DNA from: Longimicrobiales bacterium
GTDB lineage: Bacteria > Gemmatimonadota > Gemmatimonadetes > Longimicrobiales > Gaopeijiaceae
Direction of reading: 5' to 3'
NCBI GenBank assembly: GCA_041690395.1
Contig: JAWLHJ010000004.1
Location: forward strand, 96,001-160,000
DNA length: 64,000 bases
The translations under genes were made by a program, and so were the position numbers. This document shows positions 19,908-30,400 of this stretch, piece after piece (position 1 is the stretch's first letter; every line of letters begins with the position of its first letter). The notes beneath the pieces were generated by a model, which was not told the origin of the DNA, did not search any database, and saw nothing but the letters and a program-made list of their open reading frames with translations.

Positions 19908-20467
19908 CAGCCGGTCAGCCGGACGCTGGAGACGATCTCGTAGCTCGCGCCTTCCCGGGAGAGGCGGCTGTGCATGAGGTCGACCGTGTGCACGCGGATC
20001 TCTCCGGAGAAGTCCATCTCGGCGACCATGTCGTCCAGCCCTCTGAACGCGCCCGCGCCTCCCGCCTCGTCGGCCCGACCCAGCGTCACGTGCGGATGGA
20101 ACGCCCGCGTCTCCGAATCGAAGCCGACGTCACCCAGCGCCCACTCCAGGTCCTGCTTCAGGCAACGGAGCTCGGGGTTCGCCCCCACACCCAACCAAAC
20201 GACCCGCGGGCGGCGCACGGTCGGAAAAGCGCCGAAACCCCCGAGGTCCGTCGTGAACGGGCGGTTCGCCTCCGCGGCCTTGGCCATCGCCTCCTCGATC
20301 TTCGGGATGGAGTCCTTTCTGACCTGGCCCAGGAACTTCAGCGTCACGTGATAGTGCTCGGGGTCGATCCACTTCACCGGCATGTCGGTCTCGCGGAACA
20401 CACGGGACGCCCGATGGATCCGGGTTCGTTCCTTCTTCGGTAGGTTGAGCGCGATGAACAGCCGCAT
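19907..20467 (-). CDS. thpR: RNA 2',3'-cyclic phosphodiesterase (2H family)
   Basis: MRLFIA start at 20467; two HxT motifs (HVTLKFLG, PHVTLGR). Confidence 0.93.
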   Translation of the reverse strand: MRLFIALNLPKKERTRIHRASRVFRETDMPVKWIDPEHYHVTLKFLGQVRKDSIPKIEEAMAKAAEANRPFTTDLGGFGAFPTVRRPRVVWLGVGANPELRCLKQDLEWALGDVGFDSETRAFHPHVTLGRADEAGGAGAFRGLDDMVAEMDFSGEIRVHTVDLMHSRLSREGASYEIVSSVRLTG

Positions 20468-20605
20468 GATCTCTCGGATGGGGGCACGATTACTGCGCCC
20501 TGATACCGGCGGAGCCCTAGGAAGTTCGCCGCCCCCCGCAGGGAGCACGCCAACCACGCAGAGCCAGGTGCCTCGTGGACCTCACCAGTAGCCACACGAT
20601 GGGGC

Positions 20606-22147
20606 TCAGGAGATCGCGCCCGGACGCTCCGTCGCCCGGTATTGGAGGGCCTCGGCGGCGTGCTGCACCGTGACCTCCTCCGACTCCCCGAGATCGGCGA
20701 TCGTGCGCGCGACTCGGAGCACACGATGATACCCTCGGGCCGAGAGCCCGAGACGTTCGGCCGCCTCGGCCATGAGCCGCTCGACGGCGGGTTCGGCGTC
20801 GATCAGGCTCCGGAGAAGGGTGACGTCGAGCTGGCCGTTGGCGTGGACCCCGCTAACCGTCGCCAACCGCTCACGCTGCCGCATCCGCGCTGCGAGCACG
20901 CGCGCGCGCGCCACCCGGCTGGGGGTGCCCGTTCCCCGACGCCCGAGAGCTGAGGGCGCGACCGCAGGGACCCGCACGTGGAGATCGATCCGGTCCATGA
21001 TCGGGCCGCTCACCCTGCCCTGGTAACGGGCGACCGAAGCGTCGTCGCAGAGGCATCGGTCGCTCCCGTCCCCGCGATGGCCGCACGGGCACGGGTTCAT
21101 GGCCGCCACCATGAGGAAGCGGGCCGGGAAGCAGAGCGACGCACGGACGCGCGAGAGCCGCACCCGCCCTTCCTCCAGCGGTTGCCGGAGGATCTCCAGG
21201 GCCCCGCGCCGGAACTCCGGGAGCTCGTCCAGAAACAACACGCCTCGGTGCGCGAGGGAGATCTCGCCGGGTCGGAGCGGCGTGCCGCCTCCGACGAGAC
21301 CAGCCTCGGTCACCGTGTGGTGGGGAGCGCGGAACGGAGGTCGGACGACGAGCGGACGGTCTGGGGCGACCAGACCCGCGACCGAGTGGACGCGCGTGCA
21401 CTCCAACGCCTCGTCGAGCGAGAGCGGAGGTAGGATCCCCGGAAGCCGGAGCGCCAGCATCGTCTTGCCCGAGCCGGGAGGGCCGACCAGGAGCAGGTTG
21501 TGAGCGCCAGCGGCCGCGATCTCGAGGGCCCGCTTGGCCATCTCCTGGCCGCGGACGTCGGCCAGGTCGGGCCCGGTCGCCACGTCCCCGGACAGCATCC
21601 CGAGCGGGTCGACCCGGGTGGTATCGATGGGACGAGTTCCCCGAAGGTGCTCGACAACCGCCGACAAAGAGGACGCGCCCACCACGTCGAGGCTGGCGAC
21701 CAGCGCGGCTTCGGCCGCGTTCGCCTCGGGCACCACGATCACGTCGGCCCGGCCTCGCGTGCTCAGCTCTGCCGCTACCGGTAGCACGCCCGGTACCGGC
21801 CTCAAGGATCCGTCCAGCCCGAGCTCGCCGAGGAGCGCCACTCGGACGAGTGCCTCCGGCGGGACGGCCCCGGCCGCGGCGAGGAGGCCGACCGCGATCG
21901 GAAGATCGAACGCGGTCCCCTCCTTGCGGACGTCGCCCGGGGCCAGGTTGACCGTAATCCTCCGGTTGGGGAGTTCGAAGCCCGAGTTCCGGAGGGCCGT
22001 GGCGACGCGCTCCCGGCTCTCTCGCACCGCACCGTACGGGAGTCCGACCACGGTGAACGCGGGGAGCCCCGACGCGAGGTTGACCTCGACGCGCACGAAG
22101 ACCGGCTCCACGCCGTGCACGGTTCCGCTGATGACCTGTGCGAGCAT
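20606..22147 (-). CDS. comM: YifB/ComM family Mg-chelatase-like AAA ATPase
   Basis: Start MLAQV at 22147; ITVNLAP, GELGLDG, GPPGSGKT, FRAPHH, FLDELPEF, NPCPCG. Confidence 0.93.
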   Translation of the reverse strand: MLAQVISGTVHGVEPVFVRVEVNLASGLPAFTVVGLPYGAVRESRERVATALRNSGFELPNRRITVNLAPGDVRKEGTAFDLPIAVGLLAAAGAVPPEALVRVALLGELGLDGSLRPVPGVLPVAAELSTRGRADVIVVPEANAAEAALVASLDVVGASSLSAVVEHLRGTRPIDTTRVDPLGMLSGDVATGPDLADVRGQEMAKRALEIAAAGAHNLLLVGPPGSGKTMLALRLPGILPPLSLDEALECTRVHSVAGLVAPDRPLVVRPPFRAPHHTVTEAGLVGGGTPLRPGEISLAHRGVLFLDELPEFRRGALEILRQPLEEGRVRLSRVRASLCFPARFLMVAAMNPCPCGHRGDGSDRCLCDDASVARYQGRVSGPIMDRIDLHVRVPAVAPSALGRRGTGTPSRVARARVLAARMRQRERLATVSGVHANGQLDVTLLRSLIDAEPAVERLMAEAAERLGLSARGYHRVLRVARTIADLGESEEVTVQHAAEALQYRATERPGAIS

Positions 22148-22339
22148 GGCCCAACGATGCGCGACGGGTCGGGGCGCTCGAATGACTCGATGGGACGGGT
22201 CAGCTGGCGCGCGTACCCAACTTGTGTCATGTGGCCGGGGCCCGTACCATGGTCGCGCCCGGCAGGGGGCACGCGCTCCGCTGGCCACGCGCGGCCCACT
22301 CAGCCTGGTGTCTGCTCCCCAGCAACACGGAGTGCGCGC

Positions 22340-23491
22340 ATGAAGGTCGCCGTTCTGAAGGAGACGCGTCCTGGAGAGCGCAGGGTCGCGCTCGTCCCCC
22401 AGGGAGTGCAGGAGCTCACCAAGGCCGGGTTCACGGTCTCCGTCGAGTCGGGGGCGGGCGAGCAGGCCGGCGTGCCCGACGACCTCTACGTGGATGCCGG
22501 CGCACGCGTGACGGGCTCCGCCGCGGAAGCGCTCGAGGGCGCGACCGTGGTCCTCGGCGTGAATCCCCCGTCTCCGCCCGCCCCCGACCAGATCGGCCAG
22601 CTTCCCGAGAGCGCGATTCTGATCTCGTTCCTGAGCCCGCTGACCCGTCCCGACGTGGTCCAGGGGCTGGTGAGCGCCGGAATCACGGGGATCTCGATGG
22701 AGATGGTGCCGCGCATCACACGCGCCCAGTCCATGGACGCGCTGTCGTCCCAGGCGACGGTCGCCGGGTACAAGGCCGTACTCCTGGCCGCCAGCCACCT
22801 TCCGAAGTTCCTGCCGATGTTCACGACCGCGGCCGGGACCATCCGACCGGGCAAGGTGCTGGTGCTCGGCGCCGGCGTGGCGGGCCTTCAGGCGATCGCA
22901 ACGGCGCGCAGACTCGGCGCCGTCGTCGAGGCGTTCGACGTGCGCCCCGCCGTGAAAGAGCAGGTCCAGAGCCTCGGGGCGCGCTTCCTCGAGGCGGAGG
23001 AAGAAGTCGCGGCCGAAGGCGAGGGCGGATACGCGAAGGAGCTTTCGGAGGAGCAGCACGAGAAGGAGCTGGCGCTCATCGCGGGTGCGGTCCCGGAAGC
23101 CGACATCGTCATCACGACGGCCCAGATTCCGGGGCGTGAGGCGCCCGTGCTCCTCACGGAAGAGATGATCCGCAGCATGCGTCCGGGCTCCATCGTCGTC
23201 GATCTGGCGGCCGAGTCGGGCGGCAACTGCGTGTTGACGGTGGCGGACGAAACGGTCGTCCACCACGGCGTCACCATCATGGGCCCGGTCAACCTCCCGG
23301 CCGAGATCCCGGTCCACGCGAGCCAGATGTACTCCAAGAACGTCGTGACCCTGCTCCGCGAGCTGCTCGACGACGAGGGCGGGCTCCGGCTGGACTTCGA
23401 CAACGACGTCATCGGGCCCGCGACGGTCACGCACGCGGGCGAGATCCGGAACGAGCGCGTGAAGGCCGGCATGGCGGGCGCGACGACCTGA
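22340..23491 (+). CDS. pntA: NAD(P) transhydrogenase alpha subunit part 1 (dI)
   Basis: KETRPGERRVA, PRITRAQSMDALSSQ, GAGVAGLQA, DLAAESGGNC. Confidence 0.96.
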   Translation: MKVAVLKETRPGERRVALVPQGVQELTKAGFTVSVESGAGEQAGVPDDLYVDAGARVTGSAAEALEGATVVLGVNPPSPPAPDQIGQLPESAILISFLSPLTRPDVVQGLVSAGITGISMEMVPRITRAQSMDALSSQATVAGYKAVLLAASHLPKFLPMFTTAAGTIRPGKVLVLGAGVAGLQAIATARRLGAVVEAFDVRPAVKEQVQSLGARFLEAEEEVAAEGEGGYAKELSEEQHEKELALIAGAVPEADIVITTAQIPGREAPVLLTEEMIRSMRPGSIVVDLAAESGGNCVLTVADETVVHHGVTIMGPVNLPAEIPVHASQMYSKNVVTLLRELLDDEGGLRLDFDNDVIGPATVTHAGEIRNERVKAGMAGATT

Positions 23492-23539
23492 GACCAGGCC
23501 GTCCTTGAAGGAACGTCCCACACGAGGAAGGAGCAGCGC

Positions 23540-23818
23540 ATGGGTGAGTTGATGATCGGTCTGTACGTGTTCGTGCTGGCGACCCTGGCGGGACGGGAGG
23601 TCATCACGAAGGTCCCGCCGACGCTCCATACACCGCTCATGTCCGGCGCCAACGCGATCTCCGGCATCGCCATCGTGGGCGCCATCGTCGTGGCTTCGTC
23701 GGCCGAGGGCACCGCGCGTACGGTGCTCGGAGTCCTCGCGATCGCGATGGCCACGATCAACGTCGTCGGGGGATTCCTCGTGACCGACCGCATGCTCAGC
23801 ATGTTCCGGAAGAGGTGA
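23540..23818 (+). CDS. NAD(P) transhydrogenase alpha subunit part 2 (membrane)
   Basis: VPPTLHTPLMSGANAISG, NVVGGFLVTDRML. Confidence 0.95.
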   Translation: MGELMIGLYVFVLATLAGREVITKVPPTLHTPLMSGANAISGIAIVGAIVVASSAEGTARTVLGVLAIAMATINVVGGFLVTDRMLSMFRKR

Positions 23819-23822
23819 GCCG

Positions 23823-25211
23823 ATGAACACCCACATCCTGGTCGAGCTCACCTACCTCCTGTCGGCGATCCTCTTCGTCGTCGGGCTCAAGAAGCTCCAG
23901 TCACCGGCGACCGCCCGGCGCGGCAATGCGCTGGCCGCCCTGGCGATGCTCCTCGCGATCGTCGCGACCATCGTCGACACCGAGATCCTGTCCTGGACAG
24001 GCATTCTGATCGGCATGGCCATCGGAGGCACCATCGGCGGGGTGGCGGCGCGTACCGTGCAGATGACCTCGATGCCGCAGCTCGTCGGCATCCTGAACGG
24101 CTCCGGGGGCGGGGCCTCCGCGGTCGTGGCCGTCGCGGAGTTCATGGGGAATCCGGCGGTCGGGGTCGGCACCACCGGCGTCACGATCCTGCTCGGGACG
24201 CTCATCGGCGGCGTCACGCTGACGGGCTCCTTCATCGCGTTCGCGAAGCTCCAGGAGCTCATGACGGGCAACCCCATCGTCTTCCCGGGGCAGCAGCTGC
24301 TCAACGCGCTCCTGGCCGTGGGCGCCCTCGCGCTCGGCTGGCTCGCTCTCACCGGGGGCGGCGGCCAGGATCCGCTGTTCTGGTTCTACGTCTTCTGCGG
24401 CGTATCGGCCCTTCTCGGCGTGCTTCTCGTCATCCCAATCGGGGGCGCGGACATGCCGGTCGTCATCTCGCTCCTGAATTCGTACTCCGGTCTCGCCGCG
24501 AGCGCCGCCGGGTTCGTCATCGGCAACATGGTGCTCATCATCTCCGGGGCGCTGGTCGGGGCGTCCGGGCTGATCCTCACGCAGCTGATGTGCAAGGGGA
24601 TGAACCGGTCGCTCGCGAACGTCGCCTTCGGCGGGTTCGGAGGCGGAGCCGGTGTGGACAAGGCCCAGATCGGCAAGCGGCCGGTCAAGAGCGCCGACGC
24701 CGAGATGGTGGCGGCCGAGCTCGGGTACGTGAACTCCGTCGTGATCGTGCCCGGATACGGGCTGGCCGTGGCCCAGGCCCAGCACGAGCTCCGGAAGGTG
24801 GGCGATCTCCTCCAGGAGCGCGGTGTCGACGTGAAGTACGCCATCCATCCGGTCGCGGGCCGGATGCCGGGCCACATGAACGTGCTTCTGGCCGAGGCCG
24901 ACGTGAGCTACGACAAGCTCTTCGACCTCGACGAGATCAACGCCGACTTCGGCACGACGGATGCGGTGCTCATCGTGGGCGCGAACGACGTCGTGAATCC
25001 CGCGGCACGCGATCCGGGCTCGATCATCGCCGGGATGCCGATCCTCGACGTCGACAAGGCCAGGCGGGTCATCGTCATGAAACGGAGCCTGTCTCCGGGC
25101 TTCGCGGGCATCGACAACGACCTCTTCTACATGGACAACACGCTCATGTTCTTCGGCGACGCCAAGGCGTCCATGGCCGACCTGGTGCGCGGCGTGCGCG
25201 AGCTGGGGTAG
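23823..25211 (+). CDS. pntB: NAD(P) transhydrogenase beta subunit
   Basis: MTSMPQLV, IGGADMPVVISLLNSYSG, HPVAGRMPGHMNVLLAEA, GANDVVNP. Confidence 0.97.
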   Translation: MNTHILVELTYLLSAILFVVGLKKLQSPATARRGNALAALAMLLAIVATIVDTEILSWTGILIGMAIGGTIGGVAARTVQMTSMPQLVGILNGSGGGASAVVAVAEFMGNPAVGVGTTGVTILLGTLIGGVTLTGSFIAFAKLQELMTGNPIVFPGQQLLNALLAVGALALGWLALTGGGGQDPLFWFYVFCGVSALLGVLLVIPIGGADMPVVISLLNSYSGLAASAAGFVIGNMVLIISGALVGASGLILTQLMCKGMNRSLANVAFGGFGGGAGVDKAQIGKRPVKSADAEMVAAELGYVNSVVIVPGYGLAVAQAQHELRKVGDLLQERGVDVKYAIHPVAGRMPGHMNVLLAEADVSYDKLFDLDEINADFGTTDAVLIVGANDVVNPAARDPGSIIAGMPILDVDKARRVIVMKRSLSPGFAGIDNDLFYMDNTLMFFGDAKASMADLVRGVRELG

Positions 25212-25217
25212 AGCGAG

Positions 25218-26681
25218 CTACGCGACCGGGACCGACTCCGCGCGAGCGGCCTCTTCCAGGAGCGTCCAGGCCCGGTCGACGTGCTCGGCGTGGGTCCGGA
25301 TGTTTCCCACGGACAGCCTGAGCGCGACGCGCCCGCCGACCGCGGTGTGGGTCAGGAAGACCTCGCCGGTCGCGTTCACGCGGTCGAGGATCCGGTGGTT
25401 GAGGGCATCGACCGCCGAGGCATCCAGTCCCGGCACCACCCGCCTGAACGCGACCGTCGCGAGCGGCACGGGCGCCACGAGCGCCCACCCCTCGGTGGCG
25501 TCCACGCGCTCGGCGAATCCCCGGGCCAGGGCGACGTGCTCCCGTAGCCGGGCCACGATCCCTTCCCGTCCGAAGGCGCGCATGACGAGCCAGAGCTTCA
25601 GGGAGCGGAAGCGCCGGCCCAGGGCGACCCCGTAGTCCATCAGGTTGCGGACCTCGTCGACGTTGCCGGACCGGAGGTACTCGGGCACGATGCTGAACGC
25701 CCGCACCAGGTCGTCGGGACGCCTGCAGTACAGGAGCGAGCAGTCGACCGGCGTGAACAGCCATTTGTGGGGGTTCACCACGACCGAGTCCGCGCGCTCC
25801 CAGCCCGCGAAGAGCGGCCGGAGCTCCGGCACCATCGCCGCCGGACCACCGTAGGCCGCATCGACGTGCAGCCAGAGCCCGAACTCCTCGGCCACGTCCG
25901 CGATGCGCGCGACCGGGTCGATGGACGACGTGGAGGTCGTTCCCAGCGTCGCGACCACCGCGACGGGCCGGATCCCGGCGTCCAGGTCCCGACGGACGGC
26001 GTCACGGAACGCGTCGGCGTCCATCCGGTAGGCGTCGTCGGTCGGCACCGTGCTGAAGCCATCGCGCCCGAAGCCGAGCGTCACGACCGCCTTCTCGACG
26101 GACGAGTGGGCCTGTTCCGAGGCGTAGATCCGGCCTCGCGGGGCACCGAACAGGCCCCCGGTCCGCACCTCCGGGTAAGCCACCTCCCGAGCCGCAGCCA
26201 GCGCGTGCAGCGTGGACGACGACGCGGTGTCGTTGATCACGCCGTCGAAGGCCGGCGGCAGCCCGAGCCACCGCCGCAGCCAGTCCGCGACGACCTCCTC
26301 GAGCTCGGTGGCCGCCGGGGAACTTCGCCACACCATGGCGTTCACGTTGAGCGCCGCGGTGATCATCTCGCCGAGGATGCCGGGGCCGGATCCGGAGATC
26401 GAGAAGTAGCCGAAGAATCCCGGGTGATTCCAGTGCGTGATCCCGGGGAGCACGATCTCGCGGAAATCGCTCAGGGCGTCGTCCAGGCTCTCGGCCCGCT
26501 CGGGGCCCTCACGTGGCAAACCCGCCCGCACCTCACCCGGCTCGACCGAAGGAAGCACCGGAAGGTCACCGACGCCGTCCAGATAGTCCGCGATCCAATC
26601 GACGACGTCGCGACCGAGCCTGCGAAGCTCCTCTGGGGGCAGGTCGCCGGAGTCGATGGGGCGCCCCGGATTCCGGGTCAG
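25218..26681 (-). CDS. PLP-dependent aromatic-L-amino-acid decarboxylase (group II); start inferred at CTG 26681
   Basis: PGITHWNHP.FFGYF, SPAATELE, AHSSVEK, LHVDAAYGG, NPHKW (PLP Lys), LGRRFRSLKLW. Family-like N-terminus continues in frame upstream of the track's GTG at 26558. Confidence 0.9.
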   Translation of the reverse strand: MTRNPGRPIDSGDLPPEELRRLGRDVVDWIADYLDGVGDLPVLPSVEPGEVRAGLPREGPERAESLDDALSDFREIVLPGITHWNHPGFFGYFSISGSGPGILGEMITAALNVNAMVWRSSPAATELEEVVADWLRRWLGLPPAFDGVINDTASSSTLHALAAAREVAYPEVRTGGLFGAPRGRIYASEQAHSSVEKAVVTLGFGRDGFSTVPTDDAYRMDADAFRDAVRRDLDAGIRPVAVVATLGTTSTSSIDPVARIADVAEEFGLWLHVDAAYGGPAAMVPELRPLFAGWERADSVVVNPHKWLFTPVDCSLLYCRRPDDLVRAFSIVPEYLRSGNVDEVRNLMDYGVALGRRFRSLKLWLVMRAFGREGIVARLREHVALARGFAERVDATEGWALVAPVPLATVAFRRVVPGLDASAVDALNHRILDRVNATGEVFLTHTAVGGRVALRLSVGNIRTHAEHVDRAWTLLEEAARAESVPVA

Positions 26682-27382
26682 CCTACGAACTCCGCCGCGC
26701 GGGCGTAGCCGACCGCCTCTTCCAACTCGTCCGCCATCGTTCGAAGCTGGGCCCGGACCTCCTCGGCCAACTCCTCTCCGACCCGGCCGGAGAGGCCCTC
26801 TCCCTCGAAGAACTGGAAGAAGAGCGCGTCGGTATGACCGACGCTGGCGTGCGTGACACCTCGGTCGATGCCGCGGTTGAGCCGCAGGATCTCCCGCAGC
26901 GAGAGGGGGAGGCGTCCACCGAGCGGCGGGTCACGATAGAGATCCCGGATGACGAGCTCCCGCAGCAGCTGGAACTCCTCGATCACCTCGCCGGCGGCCA
27001 GGCCACGGCGGGCGGCAACGGAGCCGAAGAACTCGGACGCGCGCAGCCAGAGCGGCTCGACCGAATCCCGGTACGGGCCGAGCATCCAGGGGAGAAACCG
27101 GACCAGGTGGTGGGTGAAGGCGTCGAGCGCGTCGTCCATCGGCCCCGACGGCCCGGGCCCCTGCTCCCGTATGGCGACACTCCAACGCTCGGCGAGGGAG
27201 TCGAGACGCCGGTCGAGCCACTCCGCGAGATCCCCGGGCGCCAAGCGGCCGCGGGATCGGGATTCCAAGGGGTTCAGGGTCGAGAGCTCTTCCGTCGGCG
27301 TCGAGTGGGGCATGGCGTCAACCGGTCCGGGCGAGGGCCGACCCCCGCCCACCGGGAGCCGGTCACCGATGAAGATGTCCAC
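26678..27382 (-). CDS. Cytoplasmic helical protein with RsbRD_N-like domain (start may be ATG 27313)
   Basis: L.ERW ... FG..AARRGL..GEVIEEFQLLRELV pattern resembles RsbRD_N domains. Confidence 0.65.
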   Translation of the reverse strand: MDIFIGDRLPVGGGRPSPGPVDAMPHSTPTEELSTLNPLESRSRGRLAPGDLAEWLDRRLDSLAERWSVAIREQGPGPSGPMDDALDAFTHHLVRFLPWMLGPYRDSVEPLWLRASEFFGSVAARRGLAAGEVIEEFQLLRELVIRDLYRDPPLGGRLPLSLREILRLNRGIDRGVTHASVGHTDALFFQFFEGEGLSGRVGEELAEEVRAQLRTMADELEEAVGYARAAEFVG

Positions 27383-27432
27383 GATGCATCAACCGGGCCA
27401 CCCGTGCCCCGGTCCGTCGCGCCGGTGCACAC

Positions 27433-30400
27433 TCATGTGTCGGCGACGCCGTCGTCCGTCCACGGAACCAGGTGGATCCGCATGGTCGTGCCCACTCCTT
27501 CCCGGCTCGTCACGGTGATCTCCCCACCCCAGCTCGCGACCAGCCGCCGCACGATCGCCAGCCCGAGTCCGGAGCCGGTGGAGCGAGTGCTGAACTGCGG
27601 CTCGAAGATCCGGGGCAGCACCTCGTCGGGGATGCCCGATCCTTCGTCGGCGACCTCGAGCACGACTCCCGCTTCCGAACGCTTGGCCCGGACCTCGACC
27701 GTCCCGCCCTGCGCGCTCGCGAGCCGCGCGTTCTCGAGCAGGTTGACGAGGACTTCCTTCAGCTCGGGCGTGCGCGCCACGACGGGAGGAAGATCGGGCT
27801 CCACGTCGTGCGTGAAGGCGACGGAGGCCACGGTCCCCCCGTACAGCGCCATCACATCGCCGACCGCCTGTTGGAGAATGACGGGCTCGAGGGGCACGCC
27901 GGCGTCGGCCGGCGCCCCGAAACGCGAGAAGCTCTGCGCGATGGTTGCGAGGCGGTCGATTTCCCGGAGCATCGCGTCGGCGTTCCGGAGCAGGATCTCC
28001 TCGAAGTCGGGCCGGCCGTCTTCCCACGCGCGCCGCACGTGCTGGACGCTGAGCTTGATGGGGGTCAGCGGATTCTTCACCTCGTGAGCGACCTGACGGG
28101 CCATCTCGCCCCAGGCGATGACCCGCTCCGCCCGAAGCTCGTCCGTGACGTCGTCCATCGCCACGACCGCACCCCGTTTGGAGTCGCGTCGCCCGAGCCG
28201 TCTCGCGCGGACCCGAATACGGCGGTCCCCCGCCTGGAACTCGTGATCGGCCCGCTCGGCCCCACGCTCCAGGTACTCCCGGAGCCACACACCCAGATCC
28301 TCGGCCAGGGGATCGTCCGCGGCGAGCGCCTCGCCCGGCACGACGGCCGCCCCCAGGAGCTCGCTCGCCCGCGGGTTCACCAGCGTGATTCGTGCGGAAT
28401 CGTCCACCGCGAGCATCCCGACGGCGGCCTCGTCCATGATCAGCTGCGTGCGGCGCGACGTGCGGACCAGCTCGCGTCGCGCCTGTCGTACGCGCGCCAC
28501 CATTCTGTTGAACGCCCGAAACACGGCCCCGAACTCGTCGACACGGTCCTCCGGAAGCCGGAGGCCGAGATTTCCGGACCCCACGCGCTCGGACGCGACC
28601 TGGAGCGCCTGGATCGGCCGCGTCAGCGCGCGTCCGGCCAGCATGGCGAGCCCCAGTGAGAGCGCGGCCCCGAGGACGACGAAGAACCCGAGGAGCTCGA
28701 GCAGATCGGCCGCCTGGATGGCGGCGGTGCCCGCCTGGAGCGGCACCTGGGCCGCCATGATATCCCCATCGGGCAGGCGGCGGAACGCCGTCACGTACTC
28801 CCAGCGACCGAGGTCGGTGCGCGTGAAGCGCTTCAGCCCCTCCAGCCGACGGATGTCCTCGTGTACTTCGTACGGCGTCCAGGCATCGTAGAGGCCGAGC
28901 TCGACGAGCTCCTCCACCGAACCCTCGGCGAGCTCCCCGGAGCGGTAGACCACGAGATCGGCCCCGACCTGGCGGCCGAGACGGTCCATGCCCCCGGCCA
29001 GGGCACGATACCAGACGGCCGCGTCGTCCACGACCCGCTCCGCGATCACCTCCGCGGAACGGACCGAAGCCTGCGACACCGTCCGGTACGCCACGGTCCC
29101 GAAGAGGGCGTTCGCGAGCGCGAAGAACCCGAACAACGCCCACGTGACACGCGCCCGGAACGAGATCGCAGCCACCCTGAGCCGGCCGGCGGATGCGCCG
29201 TCACGGTCGCGGAGGCCCGTGCCGAGTAGCCAGAACAGCCCGACCAGCAGGCCGTTCAGCACCACGAGCAGGGTCGCCCGCGCCACGGCCTGTAGGGGCA
29301 TCGGCAGCGACAGCGTGTAGTGTGCGTGGTACGCCCTGTCGTTCGCGAACAGGACGCCGCGCTCCGCACGCCACTCCGTCCCGTCACGCACCCACCGGAG
29401 TGGCTCCTCGGCGCGTCCTGCCCGCCGCTCGGCGGGGAGCAGCGGAATGAAGGCCATCGCCTCAGCGGGCGCACGGGCCCCGGCCCGGACGAACGGGTCC
29501 AGCGTCGACGGGCGCTGCCGCTCGGAGAACGGCGGCGCCACCGCGGACAGCACCCCGCCGTCGGACATGGGCACGGTGAGGACATAGCGCGCGTCGTCCC
29601 GGTCGAGCCGGAGTAGCCTGGCCTCGGAAGTCTCGCGTTGCTCGGCCAGGAGGGTCGGAAGGACGCCGGGCAGGTTCCCTTCGGCGCCGACGCGGAGCTC
29701 GACGCCCCGATACCCCGAGGGGTCCCAGCGCGTGAGGCGCACGGGTCGCCCCTCGCCCGCCAGCCCGCTCGCTCGCCACGCGTGATAGAGGACGTCGACG
29801 CTCTCGCGCCCCACCGCGTCCAGGGAGTCGGCGGCGACCGCCATCCGCTGCAGCCCCTCGACCAACACCGGATCCTCCCGCGAAGCCAGCCCCTCGAGAC
29901 GATCCTCGGCGAGAGCCATCTCCGCCCGGATCCCCAGGCTCCAGATCGCTGGAATCGTCGCGCTCCCCGCCAGTGTCACCGCCAGCGCTCCGGTGGCGAG
30001 CGTCCCCCTCCATCCACGGAACACCCGGAGGCCCGCGGGAGCCATCCAGGCGGGCACCCCCCAGAGGAGCCACCACCACGACGGGACGCGTCCGCTCGAC
30101 CAGACCCAGACCGCCGCGCACCCTCCGAGCACGAGCGCCAGGGCCGCACTCCCGACCGCCTTCCACGACGAGCTCCGCGTACTTCCCGCGACGCTGAACA
30201 GCGTGAGCGTGACGAGGGTCAGGAGCGTGGCCACGCCCACCTCGATCGTGACCCACTCGAGCCGGCCGGCCTCACGGGACATCGGGAGGATACGCTCGGC
30301 GAGCCAGCCGAGGCCGAGCGCATAAACCAGCGCGACGGCAATGGCGACCCATTCGGCACGGACGCGGAGGAGCGGCCGAGGCGAGACCCCCAGAAGGCTC

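Noticed and set aside
22148..22339. Rex operator or sigma54 promoter upstream of the pnt operon
   Set aside because: TTGTGTCA is only a partial half-site with no palindrome, and there is no convincing TGGCAC-N5-TTGC match.
20606..23851. 1081-aa ORF suggesting a giant ComM fusion
   Set aside because: The N-terminal ~570 aa are the antisense shadow of the pnt genes; ComM similarity starts at ATG 22147.
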